Shown: in pieces, positions 10,743 to 24,445 of the stretch
How positions within the stretch are numbered: the first letter of the stretch is position 1
Layout of the letters: each line of letters begins with the position of its first letter
DNA from: Jimgerdemannia flammicorona
Lineage: Eukaryota
Assembly: GCA_003990765.1 (NCBI GenBank)
Contig: RBNJ01000257.1
Location: 1-35,212, forward strand
Direction: 5' to 3'
DNA length: 35,212 nt
Program-made: the position numbers and the translations under genes
The notes under the pieces: model-generated
Told to the model about the DNA's origin: nothing
The model's database searches: none
What the model saw: the letters and a program-made list of their open reading frames with translations, nothing else

Positions 10743-13307
10743 AGACCGCGAAACGAAAATTGGGATGTTGATATTCCCGAACTATTAAAACAGGAGACGA
10801 AAAGCTTCTGCGAAGACTTTTCTCCATCAAGACTCCGGATGGATGAAGGTATTGAGTCCGTAATCCATTTTGAGTTGAAAGTTGGCAGGTTATGTATTGC
10901 GCGTTAGGAATCTTGGTACGGATTGCTGGCGGCGGGTGTTCGCAAAACGTTTGGGGAATGCGAAATTTAGGTTAACTGACGGACAGGCCCTGTGTTTTAT
11001 ACGTATAAATGTTTGTCAACGAACGCCCGCATATCGGTATGCATATAAATGTTCCACCGGACTTTGTAGTTCCACGTAGTTACATGTCAATTGTGAGAGG
11101 GGTATTGGAGACGGGTGAGCGCTGTCGGATTTGTGTCCAGATAGACAAGGTTGCTATTATCATGACCGGAATGCTCAAAGATGCACGGATTATGTTCTGG
11201 TTCGATGGTGCGGTTTGTTGCTAGCTAAGCTGTCGACGCGGATCCGGCGTCTAGACGAACTAACATTGGGGATTCGTGCAGTGCCGGTATTGTCACACAC
11301 GCATACACGGCCCAAGCAGACGGCCGATTGAGGCCATTCTTTTTTTCTCTCGTCACTCTAATCTGGAAATATAAGGGCCGTGCCGCTTTGTCTCGGTGTC
11401 TACCACCCATTCATTGATTCTACCAAAGGAAGTGCTATGGAAATATTTTGTTCTACATCACGCTTCCCGTTGAACGATAGCAACTTTGGTTATGAGTGTA
11501 ACAGCAAGTATGCTTGGCAGGCTGAATTGTAAACTCATTTTTTTCACGCTCACTTTATTTACTAGATAGAACAAGCCTACTTTTTTTTTTTTTTTTTTTT
11601 TTTTGGAAAAGAAATGCAAGGCCCACCAGTCTGACAGGAAACTAAAAAGCTTAGTGTTCCATTTGATTCTACCTTCTGGAATACACTGAAGCGCCATAAC
11701 TACATTGCTATTGTGCGCCGAATAACATTATGGTTTGAAAACAACACCTCGACCACCTCTACTTCTCACACGGGCACAAAAGCACGGTGACAAGACTCGA
11801 TTCGTTCGCAGTCAACCTTCTTCATGTGTGGTATATTCTCTATTGCATCACATCACATTCACGTGGATCGGTGGTTATGGTCCCACTGTTCGAGACGCTG
11901 TCGAAAGAAAACATTCACATATTTAGAGGACTTTGTTATAACATTAATGCTGTTCCCATTGTCGTTTTCAATGAAACCGAAACTCCGTTCTGCGTTTATG
12001 ATCCGAGCGATTGGATGCCGTGTGTGGCGAAATAAAACCGCTCGGAATTCCTAGCTGTCGTCGACGGGCATTATCTGCATCCATGCGAATATTGATTCCA
12101 CATCTAACGTAAAGCACAGAGCTGCCGTTCATCGAAACCGACGCTCCCGACTCGCGAATGAATCGTAATTTAGACGAGGCAGCGCGGAGGGTTCAGCACC
12201 ATAACGATTGCGCAAGTTACGCTGGATACACAAAGTCGCTCAAAATTTAAGCGGTGCCATTGAGCGGACCTTTTGCTTCGCAAATTAACAACCCTCCCCT
12301 CCCCGACTAAATCGAAACTGGTCGTTGCGTCACCGATATTTCAGCGTACGTAACACGCCGCCGGGTAAATATACTAACTATGGTCATCTCGACACGTTTT
12401 ACGAACCTTATTATTCCTCTCGTTGCTGTACAACAAATAGGATTCTGGAATAAAGTGTGGAGTACGTTCAACGATATATTCCTCATCAATCGTCAGATCC
12501 GCCAACGAGTGGGCTAAAAGTTGTCATCAGGAAATAGGTAGAATGAAGTCGCAATCATTGTCGTCATACGCCGTGATGATCTCTCCTTTATGGTCAAATC
12601 TGGAAACCCGCCAAGCCGCCAAGCCGCCTAGACGAATTCCACTCTAGCATTGAAATCGCCCTTAGCCCTACCGCTCGCACCCGCCCTTCGTCAGCACGTT
12701 CCACTATCGTCGCCCCGGGCCGGGAAATTAACGTCATTTCATCTGTGCAGTATGGAGTTCGATTTTTGTGTCCCATTTCACAATAAAGGGTTTCCCCTGT
12801 ACATATCGGGCGCCCTAAATGACACCATCAGAGTCTCGCAAATCCAATGTCCGGCTTGTCGTCCCCCTGAGGGGGTATGTATGTAAAATTTCTTTCACGA
12901 TGGTAATATCCGAAACCCTATAATAAATTTGCGCCGCGACGTCGTATTGGGCAGGCGCAAATTCGTAATTTACCCGGAATCGGCGAGACGGTTTGCCGGC
13001 TCTTGAAATGAAACCCCTGTGGACGGTATCGGTAGTGAGGGGTCAAGGTAAACGCGAGTCGAGGCATTGTCCAAGAGCCATACTCCTAAACAGGGCTCCG
13101 GGGACAAACCTCTTGGTTCTCGCTTGGGTGGGACCGAGTTGCCGGATTTGGGAAATGCAGAGGAGGCATCCCGTGACCAAGCCCCGAAGCCCGTTTCGTA
13201 TATATTTAAAAGGATGCGAATTTCAAAGGTGATCGTCGTGTTTTCCCCTCGTCTCATCCTTGGACTTCCAACTTTCCCGCCGCTCGACCCAAAACTCTAT
13301 CACCACC

Positions 13308-13670
13308 ATGGCTCCCCTCACCACGATAATTTCCAGTCCGAACAGCCCCGCTCCCTCCGTATGCGAGCTGGAACACTTCGTGAACGAGAAACAGTGCTGG
13401 GAAGAAGACGATGATAGCTTCACCGTGATCTCGCTGGACGACGATTACTACGACTCTGACGCCACCTCGCTGGACGAGAAGCACCCGGCAAGCGACCTCG
13501 AATCCCTCAACTATTGCAACTTCCAGCCTCTCTCGCGGGGGGAGTGGATCCTCCTCTTCATATCCATGGTCCTCGTCGTTTCACTCGTCGTCGGCGGGGT
13601 CAGTTTCATGGCGTGCGAAGCCTTGTGCCGGAACGAGGCGGTGAGCAATGCAAGCGTGGGGACCGCGTAG
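13308..13670 (+). CDS. Small acidic protein with a single C-terminal transmembrane helix (120 aa)
   Basis: ATG in CACCACCATGG context; TATATATTTAAAA ~100 nt upstream; strong C/G3 bias; acidic middle; hydrophobic WILLFISMVLVVSLVVGGVSFMAC near the C-terminus. Confidence 0.7.
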   Translation: MAPLTTIISSPNSPAPSVCELEHFVNEKQCWEEDDDSFTVISLDDDYYDSDATSLDEKHPASDLESLNYCNFQPLSRGEWILLFISMVLVVSLVVGGVSFMACEALCRNEAVSNASVGTA

Positions 13671-15395
13671 GAATAGCACGACGTATATCCAAGTTGAAGG
13701 TAACACGGCACTCTCAACTGACGCGATCGGTGCTGGATCGTGAAGCAGGTCAGGACGTGACGCACCCTGATCGAAGGACATAAAGCGCCAGGTCTCACGA
13801 AGTGGAGACAGGGGTCACCGCAACAAGCGAACACTACATATTAGTTATCAAAATAGTTTCTTCTGAGCTCACCGGCCGGTCCGTGAACTCCCTTTTCTTT
13901 TTTTCCGCGAAAACCTTTCATGTACCATACATTTTGTTACGCTTTCTATTACCATATCCCCCCGACCGCGAAGTGCAAGGTATCCCACACGGTGTATCTA
14001 CCTCTTTGTAAATCGATGAGATGATAAAAATGTACATATTTCATTCTTTGCTCCAATATCATTGACTTCATTCAAACAAGGAAATCGGAGTTTACACATG
14101 AAGTGCTCCATACCCGGGGATGAATCCGGAAGTTAGCCCGAATCTGACAACATTGCGGGGGTTTCAATTTTGACATCCAAGATTCCTATATAAACGTAAC
14201 ACATAGAACTGCAACGGTCACGAGGTGTATGCATTCCCAGATCTTTTTTGTACCCATATCCTCGACTAAATATACAATTGCATACAATCTCGTGATTTCA
14301 GCTGATATTACCATACGCGGTCCGTCTAACAGCGCGACGAGGGGTTCGCCAGACGCTGTCGTTAGCCTTCTGCGATCAGATGCAAAACGCGGTTTGTCAC
14401 TGTGGTCGAGATGAGACTCTCGTTTGCCCGTATCAGGAAATCGAATCGGGCAGAAAAAAATCATTCACACGCTTCAATATCTCCAAAACCAACACAAACC
14501 ATAACCATAAAAAAAAAAACATATCAAACCAAAAGACACCTGTGGCGGCGCATGTCGCATTTGGGCGAAGTTCCCAAAAGCAGAAAAGGAAGGTAAAACG
14601 ATCAACAAAGGGCCGTGAAACGTACAACGGATGTGTGTAAACCATAGAATGCTTGCGTCATGTGTCACAATGGCAATCGGTACGGACAGCGGTAAATCGC
14701 GAAAAAAAAAAAAAAAAGAACTTGTCGCAGTTGCAAATGGTACAAGGCGTCGTTCAAATAATACCCATCTCCGCTGCTCCCATGCGAAACGGCGACTTAG
14801 AGCTCTGATAAGAATTAACGTGCCAATCATCCCGTACTACGAGTTTTGAGTTTGTTCCACTTCCTGGTCTTTGAGACGGGTGTGGGGCATATTGCTGGAC
14901 TTGGAACGGTGTGCGACATTGATTATGGATAATACGCACCTACATGCAAATAAAACATTAAAAGACAGTACGACCCAAGCATCGCTTGTGTGCAACTCGG
15001 TAGTAATGAACTTGCCGCGTCGCGAGGTCTCGGTTTGCATCCCATCATTTATCGATCGTTCATTGCTTGTGTTGCTCATAATAAATCTTGACTGTATTAT
15101 TATCAAAGGCGATATCAGGTCCACGTTTGGACACTTGCGTTCAAATGAGGCGATAAAGGCAATATAGGCAATATCAATATCACTATTTACGTTCCTGCCT
15201 TCAATTGCACTCGTTCTAAACGTACAATTCCTTCCGAACCTTGTCAGGTGTACTCTGACGCAGCGACATGTATGTATTTTTATAAATGCAAATGGATCGT
15301 ACCTCAAATAAACAGTACCTCGCTCGTCTCTTTTATCATTATTGCCTACGGTTGTGTGCATCGAAATATTTAACTATTGATAACTAAGTCGAGCC

Positions 15396-15764
15396 TTTTT
15401 TTTTTTTTAAAAAAAAAAACATAATTAGGACTAATCATAAACCCAACACTTGATTATTCTCCCAACATTTTACGTTGAAAGGCTCAACAAATTGAGTTTG
15501 GCGCATGGTTATGGAATATAGGGGTGGACGAACGTATTGGAGGTATGCTCGGAAAGTTTATGGCTGAATGTACGAATATCCAGCAATTTCCTCGGTCTTT
15601 TGGTTCGTCGTCAGTTTTACTGTTACTATTTCCTCTCTGATGGCAACCCACAAATTCTAAACGCATATATATATATATATGCGCTGATGGGCTTATGTTA
15701 ATCAAATAGCAAAGAATCGATTTTTCGCTAGTTAAACAACCGAAATAACACCTCTTCTAAGCAC

Positions 15765-15815
<51 letters not shown>

Positions 15816-15823
15816 GAAAAAAA
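15396..15823. repeat. Two poly(T)-poly(A) head-to-head runs
   Basis: T13A11 at 15396-15419 and T35A16GA7 at 15765-15823. Other long homopolymers occur near 2656, 10713, 11580 and 14702. Confidence 0.9.
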
Positions 15824-15967
15824 GGAATATACATGACTACGGTGTTTTATTTCAAAGAATGCCATTATACCGGATCCACACGGCCGTTGGGGTATATGTA
15901 TATGATCCCCCCAATATTGCTCTGACAACTCTTTCTATATCCTTACCCACCTCAACCGCGACCACAG

Positions 15968-16226
15968 TGAATTACCAAAACTTTCCGCCTCGCTATTGTC
16001 CCGGGCTATTACCTCGGTATCATCCCCGCTGTCCGTTTCAACCCGTGGAATATTTACCGACAAGGTTGATGCGACCGCCATCCGCTACCTGTTTTATCTC
16101 TTTGGGCTGCTCGCCGTCGGCGGTGGGTTGTATGGGCTGGTGTTTTGGAGACATCGCGGGTTCTATTCGTGGGCGATTGATATGCTGATGGCTGTAATCA
16201 TGCTGCAGAGGCTAACGATCATGTAA
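15968..16226 (+). pseudogene. Orphan exon resembling the CLPTM1/CLPTM1L transmembrane region
   Basis: After an intron-like segment (GTATAT...CTGAC...CAG, ends 15967) the frame reads TDKVDATAIRYLFYLFGLLAVGGGLYGLVFWRHRGFYSWAIDML, matching the recalled CLPTM1 pattern T..YD..A.KYL.YL..PL.VG.A.YSL.....KSWYSW. Flanking exons not found. Confidence 0.5.
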
Positions 16227-17109
16227 TGAAAATCCAAAGTACGGTGGACATAGCATACGCAATGGGGTATATACAATCAGGCGCTAAATGGAACTTCTGC
16301 AAAAGCCACGGCTCTGCTTGATGGGCGTTCTTGGAACTTCTGACGTCCACAAATTTTGGAGGTAGCAAGAGCCGGCATAAATGGCTACTCCGCATTTATA
16401 AAATCAAATTTTCAATTTCAGTGGTCCACCCATTTAATTATTGTCAACCATAAACCTCAACCGTTTCTATTTGCAAATCCTTTCAGACAATATGTATTTA
16501 AACTGTCGAATTGGAGCTACGAACCGATATTATCCGCAAATACATGTGCATTTGCGATGAAAAGACACTTCCAAGTTGACGCTCGAGCGCAGGCCTAAAT
16601 GCGACATTTCGTCCTCCGAATTTGCATTCAAGTGTTGGAAATAGTAAACGATAGGGGTTTGCCATTTGTAATGGCTGACATTGAGGCCATCTGGTTCTTT
16701 GGTCATAGTTCACGATGAAGCGCCTAAATAAACTTGGTGATGTCACATCAAATTACGACACGAGAAGATCTGAGATAGAGCGGGAGATGCGTTGTTCAAT
16801 ATAACCAATATAACTGTAATGATGAAACCACAAAGTGTTGATTGATGAGTGCCACCCGCTGATGCCGTGACGTTTGCCACTTACGCCACCTGTTAGTAGA
16901 GGTTCTTTGAATCCCAAGAAGAATTTCCAACACTCGAAATTGCGGAGCAGTTGAACAAGAAACGAACTGCATCTTCCTTGCGTCAGTAAGGGTAATGTGT
17001 GATATCATACGACGAGGTCGGAGGTTCACCATTTTCGAGTATATTTTACAGCGCATAGATTTTGACGATGAATCGTAACGGATTTCACTCCTTCCCACAC
17101 AAACCTGCT

Positions 17110-18399
17110 ATGGATCAAGGAAGTTCCCCATCTCCGTCGTCTGCCGTATCCACATGCAGCAACGAAAGGGACGAAGAGAAGAAACCCCATGAATCGAGCA
17201 CACAATTCCCGGCCGAGCTTCAATTCTACGTCGATAACGTCGACGAGCTCTCTGCCAAACCGCGCCCCATCTGCGCCGTGGAATTGAGAAACACGGGTCG
17301 TTTGGAGCTTTTGGTCAGCACGGTAAGGCTTCCAACAATAGGCCTCCTCTTTCTCCATCACCTTGAAACACATTAAGTAATGATATCCATCGTTCCTTTC
17401 CAGATTGATGACATGATGACGAACAATATCAAGAAATTAAAATTCGAACTCCGATTTCACGGCCCTTTGGACGTCTTCCGTGCAAAAAAACAGACCGTCA
17501 CCGTGAATCTGCAAGTCTGGACCACAAATGCGCAACCCTTGGTTCAGTCCACCCGCACAATGTACAATTCGCAAACGGTCACCATTACCCCGTGTATTGA
17601 TGCATACCGCGACTTTGCGACTGGCTTCCCCGACGATACGCTGGTATGCGACTTGCGGATTCAAGCGATCAACGACGCCGATCCATCGCGCCCTATCACG
17701 CCACTGCCAGCAGTGCCTCAGCTTCTCAACGACCAGAACACGAGCGATGTGGTGTTTCGCGTAGGCGGCCGCCGTATCTTTGCGCACAAGGCAATGCTCA
17801 AAGGAGGCTCCGTTTACTTTGAGCGCATGTTCCAGGGTCGGTTCGCCGAGACTTCGGCCGGCGACGTCACCGTCGATGCCCATTGTGAAATCGACATCCA
17901 AGATTTTGACTACGATACCTTCACCGCATTCCTACTCTACCTGTATACCGGTCGCACCTCCTTCCCTGGGCTCAAAGTAAAGCCACAGGAATTGCATCGT
18001 GTCTCCGACAAGTATCTTGTCGATGGGCTCAAGCTGGCGGCGGAGAAGCTTATCGTCGCTGACCTAACGCCGGAGAATGTTGGTACCTACCTTTTTTTGT
18101 ATGCTGCGAACCACAAAAGGCTCTGCGAGCTCGTCGTGCAGTTCGTGGCGTTTAATTGGAGCCGAGTCTCGATGACCAGCGAGTGGCGTGAAGAAAGGAT
18201 GCGGTATATGGAGGATCTTGCAAAGGACAACCTGATGTCGATGCTGATGGACGCACTAGCCAGATATGCCTCGCGCGATCTCGAGAATAATACTGACGGT
18301 AAAGACCAGGCACCAGATCGCTCGCATAGTGGTCTTCTTCCCTTTCATCCATCTCGGCAAAATCAGCGGATGTCGGCATGGCGTAATTTGTACGCTTGA
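17110..18399 (+). CDS. BTB/POZ domain protein, join(17110..17322,17404..18399), 402 aa
   Basis: SDVVFRVGGRRIFAHKAML...YFERMFQGRFAE...IDIQDFDYDTFTAFLLYLYTG...DKYLVDGLK is a canonical BTB fold signature. An 81-nt phase-0 intron (GTAAGG...TTCCAG) joins the two listed ORFs in frame. Confidence 0.9.
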
Positions 18400-21300
18400 T
18401 GCGAAAAACGGAGTTAGATTCATTGAGTAAATGTAGGTATAATCGTACAAATGGCAACCACCTCAGTCCCAAAGTGTTTTGTATGTGACGATCCATTTCG
18501 TGCGTGATATTCTGAGTAAATAGTTAGAGCCATACGCAATAACGTACACATTCAAAAAACATTTTACTCACCTTTGCGACATTTCTTTCTTTCCCGACAA
18601 TTTTCTTTGAGAAATGATTTAACATAGCCTAAAAACTGTACAAAATTGTACCGAATTCTCGAAAAATATCACCATAGGAAGATAAATCACATACCAAAAT
18701 CTATCCGGCAGTTACTTTGTTCTTACTGTAACTGTCAAGGAATGGCTTAGTCGTAAAATGGTTGGCGAGGCGAGGTGTAAAGGTTCGTTGCGCCGAAAGC
18801 GTTCGCAAGCGGCTATCGAACCAAAACATGGCCAAACCGACTCAGCCGATTTAGCAACTTCTAAAACTCGTCGCAAATCCTTTCGGGATGTTAAGTGAAT
18901 CGAAGCAAGAAAGGTCCAAAAGCCATTTAGAATGTACCCATATCAGGTTCTTTAAAAGAACGTAAGGGCGTCCCTATCACAATGGCTTCATTCCTTCCAG
19001 CGGCCTGAACACACTCAACCACTTGTGTCACCGCGTGTTCGAGAGCGAGATATCTAAGGCGATCGGGGTTTGTCTCTCCTCGAACCAATCCAGAGGAATG
19101 CGTTGCGTTACCGTCAGATGGTTGGCCTTGGGGAGTTCCATGCTTGTTTCTGTTCTATCCGAGATCTTTAAATACGTGGGATTCTGGTCTATGCAACAAC
19201 AGGGTTTAAGAACTTGAATTTATGACGATAAATTACTCGACCCAAGCCAAAATGCGCTTTGATAATTTGCAGGACAGTGCTTCTTGAAGTTCTATAGTTC
19301 GGTCATGCAAAGTTAAATTTGTTCGTCATGCTATACTAGAACTATTCGAGATTTTTGAGAAATCGCCAAGGACGGGTGGAACAAGTGTAAGAAGACGGGA
19401 ACTTTGTAGTTGTCTACGCATATCAGGAGTTCAATTAAAATATATATTGCTTACAGAATTTATGAGAACGGCCTAAGAAGGGATCGGTTTGGAAACAATT
19501 TCTTGGACCCGACCGAGTGACCATACATGCTATGACAACGAAGAGTGAGTGACATGCCGTCAATATCGATTTAGACGTATCGCGTCCGAGAGGTTAGTAC
19601 GGGCTCTTGGTCTTCGGAAAATACGATGTTCCTGTTGATGACAGTCAGAGTGCACGGAGATGGTGTAAAATGGATGGCGTGTCCCACAAGTCGTAATTTT
19701 AAAACATGAATTTGTATTTAGTATGCGGCTTCAAATATTCACATTTAGAGTAGCCCAATTGCAAATGTTTTGTGCGATCAGGCGGCGTACTTTAACTCAT
19801 AGCATGCTTTGCTACAGCCTAAATCTAAACCTTTGTGATTATCTGAAGTGGACAGAAATCTGAGTTTGATATCGATGTTGTATATCAAGAAAATTCTCGC
19901 AGTGCTCTCCCTATACTGCATGATGGACAGTTATATTTAAAAAATGTATTTGCTTACACTGATATGCAGATGGTTTTCTACTTGAAATGACCACGCCAGG
20001 CCAATAAAACATTATTGGTTTGTAGTTCATGGGAAAGCTTAAAGATTGCCAACTTTTGAGGATTGTTACAAATCTGGCAAGGAAATAACTAAGTGCAGTA
20101 AATCAATTCCCACTATTGTGCAAAGGACATTACCGATATACATTTTTAAGGCGTCATCCGGTATCCTTTTATCAGCATGTGTGTGAGTTAATTTCGTTAT
20201 GCACATCTACATTGTTGAATTTAAATGTGCGCTGCCGCGTCGATATATCTTCCATTGCCACGAGTCGTAATGCCCGCAACGCGAGACAAAGATGTTTTCA
20301 CCGGGGGTTTCCTTGCTGCTGTAGGAATAGAATATATTTCTACACCAGAGCATAAAGCGAATTCACCGCGTTAATTTGGGCGCCGCATGCAATACATTCG
20401 ACTGTCGTCTACGTCATTTAGATCAAGGCTATATAGATGTCTTAGCTCGACGCAATCCTCTCGACACAGTTAATCAAATTAGTATTTGCCTTCCGCCTAA
20501 AAATCTCCTCCAAATCATGTCTGCAGAGATCACAACGAGGAAGCCTTTCGCCCTCGCGTCTCCGCCACGGGCGGCAAGCTCGCATTCGACACGGCCCTTT
20601 CACAAACGAGCCAACTTTGCGGCTAACATCATCTCGTAGTCGGCGTCTGGTGGTCCCACCACTCTCTCCCTCTCAAAAAAGGTATAATGGATTTGCATTA
20701 TGCCTAGGTGGGGGTGGATATGCTATTATTTGATTATGATAGCTTCATTTAATTAAAAGGAGGACTTGTATGTCGTATGATGGTAGAGATATTTATTCAA
20801 ATCAAACTGTTCCCCGACCAAGTGGTAGCGTTTGGTATTTCGACATGTGACATGGATTCAAAGTAAATGGTGTGTTTACAAACCGGTATGTTCTGTCAGT
20901 TTGTTTTTATCCAACTCATGTCACCGTAATATGTGTTCTCTGTTGCAATGTGTGCCTAGCGGGAATCATTTGCCGATCTTGATAGTTGTCATTTTGAGAG
21001 CTGCTCCGCACAAAATAATTACAGCAAGGTTAATTTACTAGGCTTGTTGGGTAGTTGCAAGTAGCAAACTTTATACAGACATATAACTGCTCCGGGGGCT
21101 GAACATGGCCTACATACATGAGAATCTGTTTCAATCATTGCATGCAGCACGCATCTGATCGTTTCAGCAGCTGTTCCAGACCTCAGCAGGTTAAAACCAT
21201 GCGAAATATTGTAAAAACCATACTTATTGACTTAAATTCAGATAAGGCACTGGGGATGTTTGCACGTGGTATTTTGTAATTATCTTGTACGTGCCTTGAA

Positions 21301-21559
21301 TCGATAGGTCAGAAAGGAACGCTGGAATACGTTTGTTTGGCATCACGCAGTAAATTAATAATGACTTTATTTGATGGTTTGCAACGTCATCGACAACGCC
21401 CACAAAGTAAGCCTCATCAACAACAGCCAACCAACCATATACACAAAACAATGAAACGCCGTGGTTCCCGAAATCGCATTCGTCATGAAAGCGCTGCTGG
21501 AAGCACAGCTACCCTCGGGCAGCGAACCCCTCTCTGCGGCACCGCATTCACCAGTCTCG

Positions 21560-21763
21560 CTCCAACAACGCCAACTTCAGTCGCCGTGGGTGGTCCTGTG
21601 GGCTCCAGCCCTGTTGCCCGCTTAGATATCCTCATTATTCGGACGCCGAGCGCAGTTCAACCTGGCAAGCCCGAGAGATCCAAGGACATAGGCGTCGTCG
21701 TCCCCAGAACCGCTCAAGAGGTGGACGTGTTTGTCATCAGAACCCGGTCTGCAGGAACGCTTG
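21560..21763 (-). pseudogene. Possible decayed WD40-repeat exon
   Basis: After acceptor TTTTCAG the minus strand reads ...SDDKHVHLLSGSGDDDAYV then a frameshifted (W)DL-like stretch; downstream H...TEVGVV; in-frame stops present. Confidence 0.25.
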
Positions 21764-24161
21764 CTGAAAACGAGAGCGTCAAGAATGCTTCACATAAGCA
21801 TGGGGTAAAAACATGCATTTGGGGTGCGTTAGCAAGACATTTCAAAGAAACATTGTACGATCTTGGGAGAAGAGAAAATAGCTCCGAATTTCCGGAGGTT
21901 TTGGTAGAACCATAACGCTCTCATTTTAGGCAAAAGCATATAGATCATTCTCTTTTGTATTTTATGTTCTAACAAGAGAAATCTTTCCGCTTTTTGATGG
22001 ACTAAGACGTTGCAATGGAGAAGGTTTTATTGATACAAACGGCTCAACACGTTTTGCACGCTTGATCTGTGTTGGCTTCCTGGCACGTTATTTGTCCCTT
22101 TGTTGGTGCATGATTCGCTTTTGAGCCATGGCATCTCGGTGAATCAAAAAAAAATTTATAATTATTTCAGGTTAATGCACGCCATTAATTTGTGAAGGGA
22201 AAATATAAACGTTTTTTCAGATTATTATAGGTTATGAATAGAAAAGAGGACAAAGGTTAGGCAAGAGGCTGTTTCATCCCGGGCAGTTCATCCGTATCGG
22301 AGGGACATTAGGCTAGAGTTAGCGGTTTTGTGAGATCGATCTTGCGATTAAGATGGTATCTGTAATCAAAGGACCAGTTCCCATTATCATCCCATGCTTA
22401 GGGCACCTGACCTCCGCCAAATATTATCGATCATGGCGCAGTGTATTGTTTGTTGAACATATTTTTTGACAGATATGGCAAGTGTTTGTAAACATGATTT
22501 TTATCGTACCAAAGAGGCAATTGCCCTTCACTAATTTGTGTATGTACTGTTATTGCCATAAAAAAAAAAATTATCCGCCATGAACTTGGGTACAATCAAC
22601 CCACTCAACTTGCTGGGGTCCATTGGGGGGGTGGGGTGAAGAAAGTGGTCGGGAGCGGAGCTCGAGCGGTGAGAAAGGGGGGAGGAGGGGGGAGAGGCTG
22701 CCTCTCGTTGGTGCAATACGCAACGTGTTTGCAGTTTTCAAACGCCACGTTGCAAGTCCTATAGACATCATGGCCATGGGGATACCGGTACCCTCCACAC
22801 CTCTTCTGGAGGGGACGTGCTTTTTGAGGCAGCCTGTGCTGACACAGCCCCGCATAGGGCCAAGACCTTCGCAGGTCTTTGGCACCATAGATTTCACTTG
22901 GCTTGAAGGATTGACGGAGGATGTCATTGGGAAAACAAGAGGTTGGCGTGGTTGGTAAACGACTTTGTACTTTGAATCCACGCGATCGTGCAACTCATTC
23001 CATTTTTCTGGTTAAACTATCATCCGGTTTTTATCACGTTTGAAATGATTTGTATGTTGGCGCTTTAAGATCGCGCTCGCGCTACTATTACGACACAGTG
23101 TTTGCAGCCATTGGCTACCGAGAAGTACATGCAAAGAAAAGAAAAATCGGTCGGTTGCTAATTCTAATTTCAACGGAGTCCAACAATAATATTGAATATG
23201 TTCAGCAATCTCCTGTGGGGCGGACTTGTTTCCTAAGAAAATAGTGATCTTCCGAGTGTTGCAAATGACGTCATCGCACAACAGCTTGTCGGCCCTTAGG
23301 AGATTCGCATATTAAGTAGTAATACGTTAGGTTTGCTAATACGATTTGACCCTTTAATAATTGGCTGCTATTAGCTTCTTTCCGATGCTCTGCTTGACAC
23401 ATTCTTTTTCTCGATTTTTGCGGAAACGACAACAGACCGCAGTAATATGGTAAGTGCAAGACGAGAAGGTTCGAAATACAAATAGATATATTGTGGCGTA
23501 TACTAATTATATGAGAAATGAGATTATGCAAGAAAGCTTCCAGAACTTTTCAAAAGAAACGTGGAAAAAATATGCATAGAAATGTCTTGATACGCCGGTG
23601 CGGTTAACGCAACTGGACAAGCTCAAAACAAAATACCCGTTATCCGCGGTCTTCACCGCCGAGGTAATGCTATCCTCCCATCGCAGAATTGGAATCCGTC
23701 ATCACCGGCATCGTTGCCTCCCACTTCAGGAACACAGCTGATCAAAAACGTTGCCATTCAGGCTCGAAGCAGGTTTGTGAACAGTAGAAGCATCTAGTAT
23801 ATTTTAAAATCACGTGGTGATAATGTCGTCAATGCTGCGCATGCGCCAGGTTTCAGAGACCCCCGTCATGACGTGATTATTTCATTGCCAAACACACGCG
23901 TATAATAAGCTGGGCACACACACACACATATAAACACAAACTCCTCCTCCCCCTTCCCTCGGCAAAGCTTTTTCCCTTCCGCATATTTTTCGTCCCCGCA
24001 AAAGCTTTTTTCCTTCCACATTCTTCCTCCCCCCTCCCCGGCCCCCGCAAAGGTATGAAAGCTAACCCTTCGAACTCGAACTCTGAAACTCTCCCTCCCT
24101 CAAACTCCTCGCTCATCAAGGATCGTCAAACTTCCCCGGCCTTTGCCTCGTTCGTAACTCG

Positions 24162-24332
24162 ATGACACTCACGCAACTCGAGGTCAGTTTTTACCTAACC
24201 TTGCGTTTTGAGTTCCTCGAACCTCGGGATAATGTTTACGAAGGCCTTTATTTTGCTTGCAGTTATCGACCTCCGCGTTCGAGAGCGTCGACACAACGTC
24301 CATCTTCACTCGTCCCTCCGACATTAATTCGG
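24162..24332 (+). other. Two short apparent 5' coding exons of an unidentified, truncated gene
   Basis: ATG..GAG|GTCAGT (24162-24182), intron ending TTGCAG at 24262, open exon 24263-24332 |GTCAGT; preceded by a pyrimidine-rich promoter-like tract (23940-24120). Confidence 0.3.
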
Positions 24333-24445
24333 GTCAGTTTTCTAGTTTCTGGTAGCAGATAGATATAGAGATGGGCGGGTGTGGCCTTGCAGAGAGTACC
24401 AACTTTGTCGAGTTTCGGCTTCAGTTGATATTTTTCATTGCTTGA

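Noticed and set aside
14837..15361. 174-aa minus-strand ORF
   Set aside because: No codon bias like the real genes and no motif.
18700..19150. Protein-like minus-strand stretches (NPDRLRYLALEHAV.., DLRRVLEVAKS..)
   Set aside because: Could not join them in frame with valid splice sites or recognise a family.
20517..20690. ATG plus intron-like signals (GCTAAC..TAG, AG|GTATAA)
   Set aside because: Too short, frame ambiguous, no continuation found.
21337..21915. 192-aa plus-strand ORF
   Set aside because: No recognisable domain; part of it may be the antisense of a decayed minus-strand exon.
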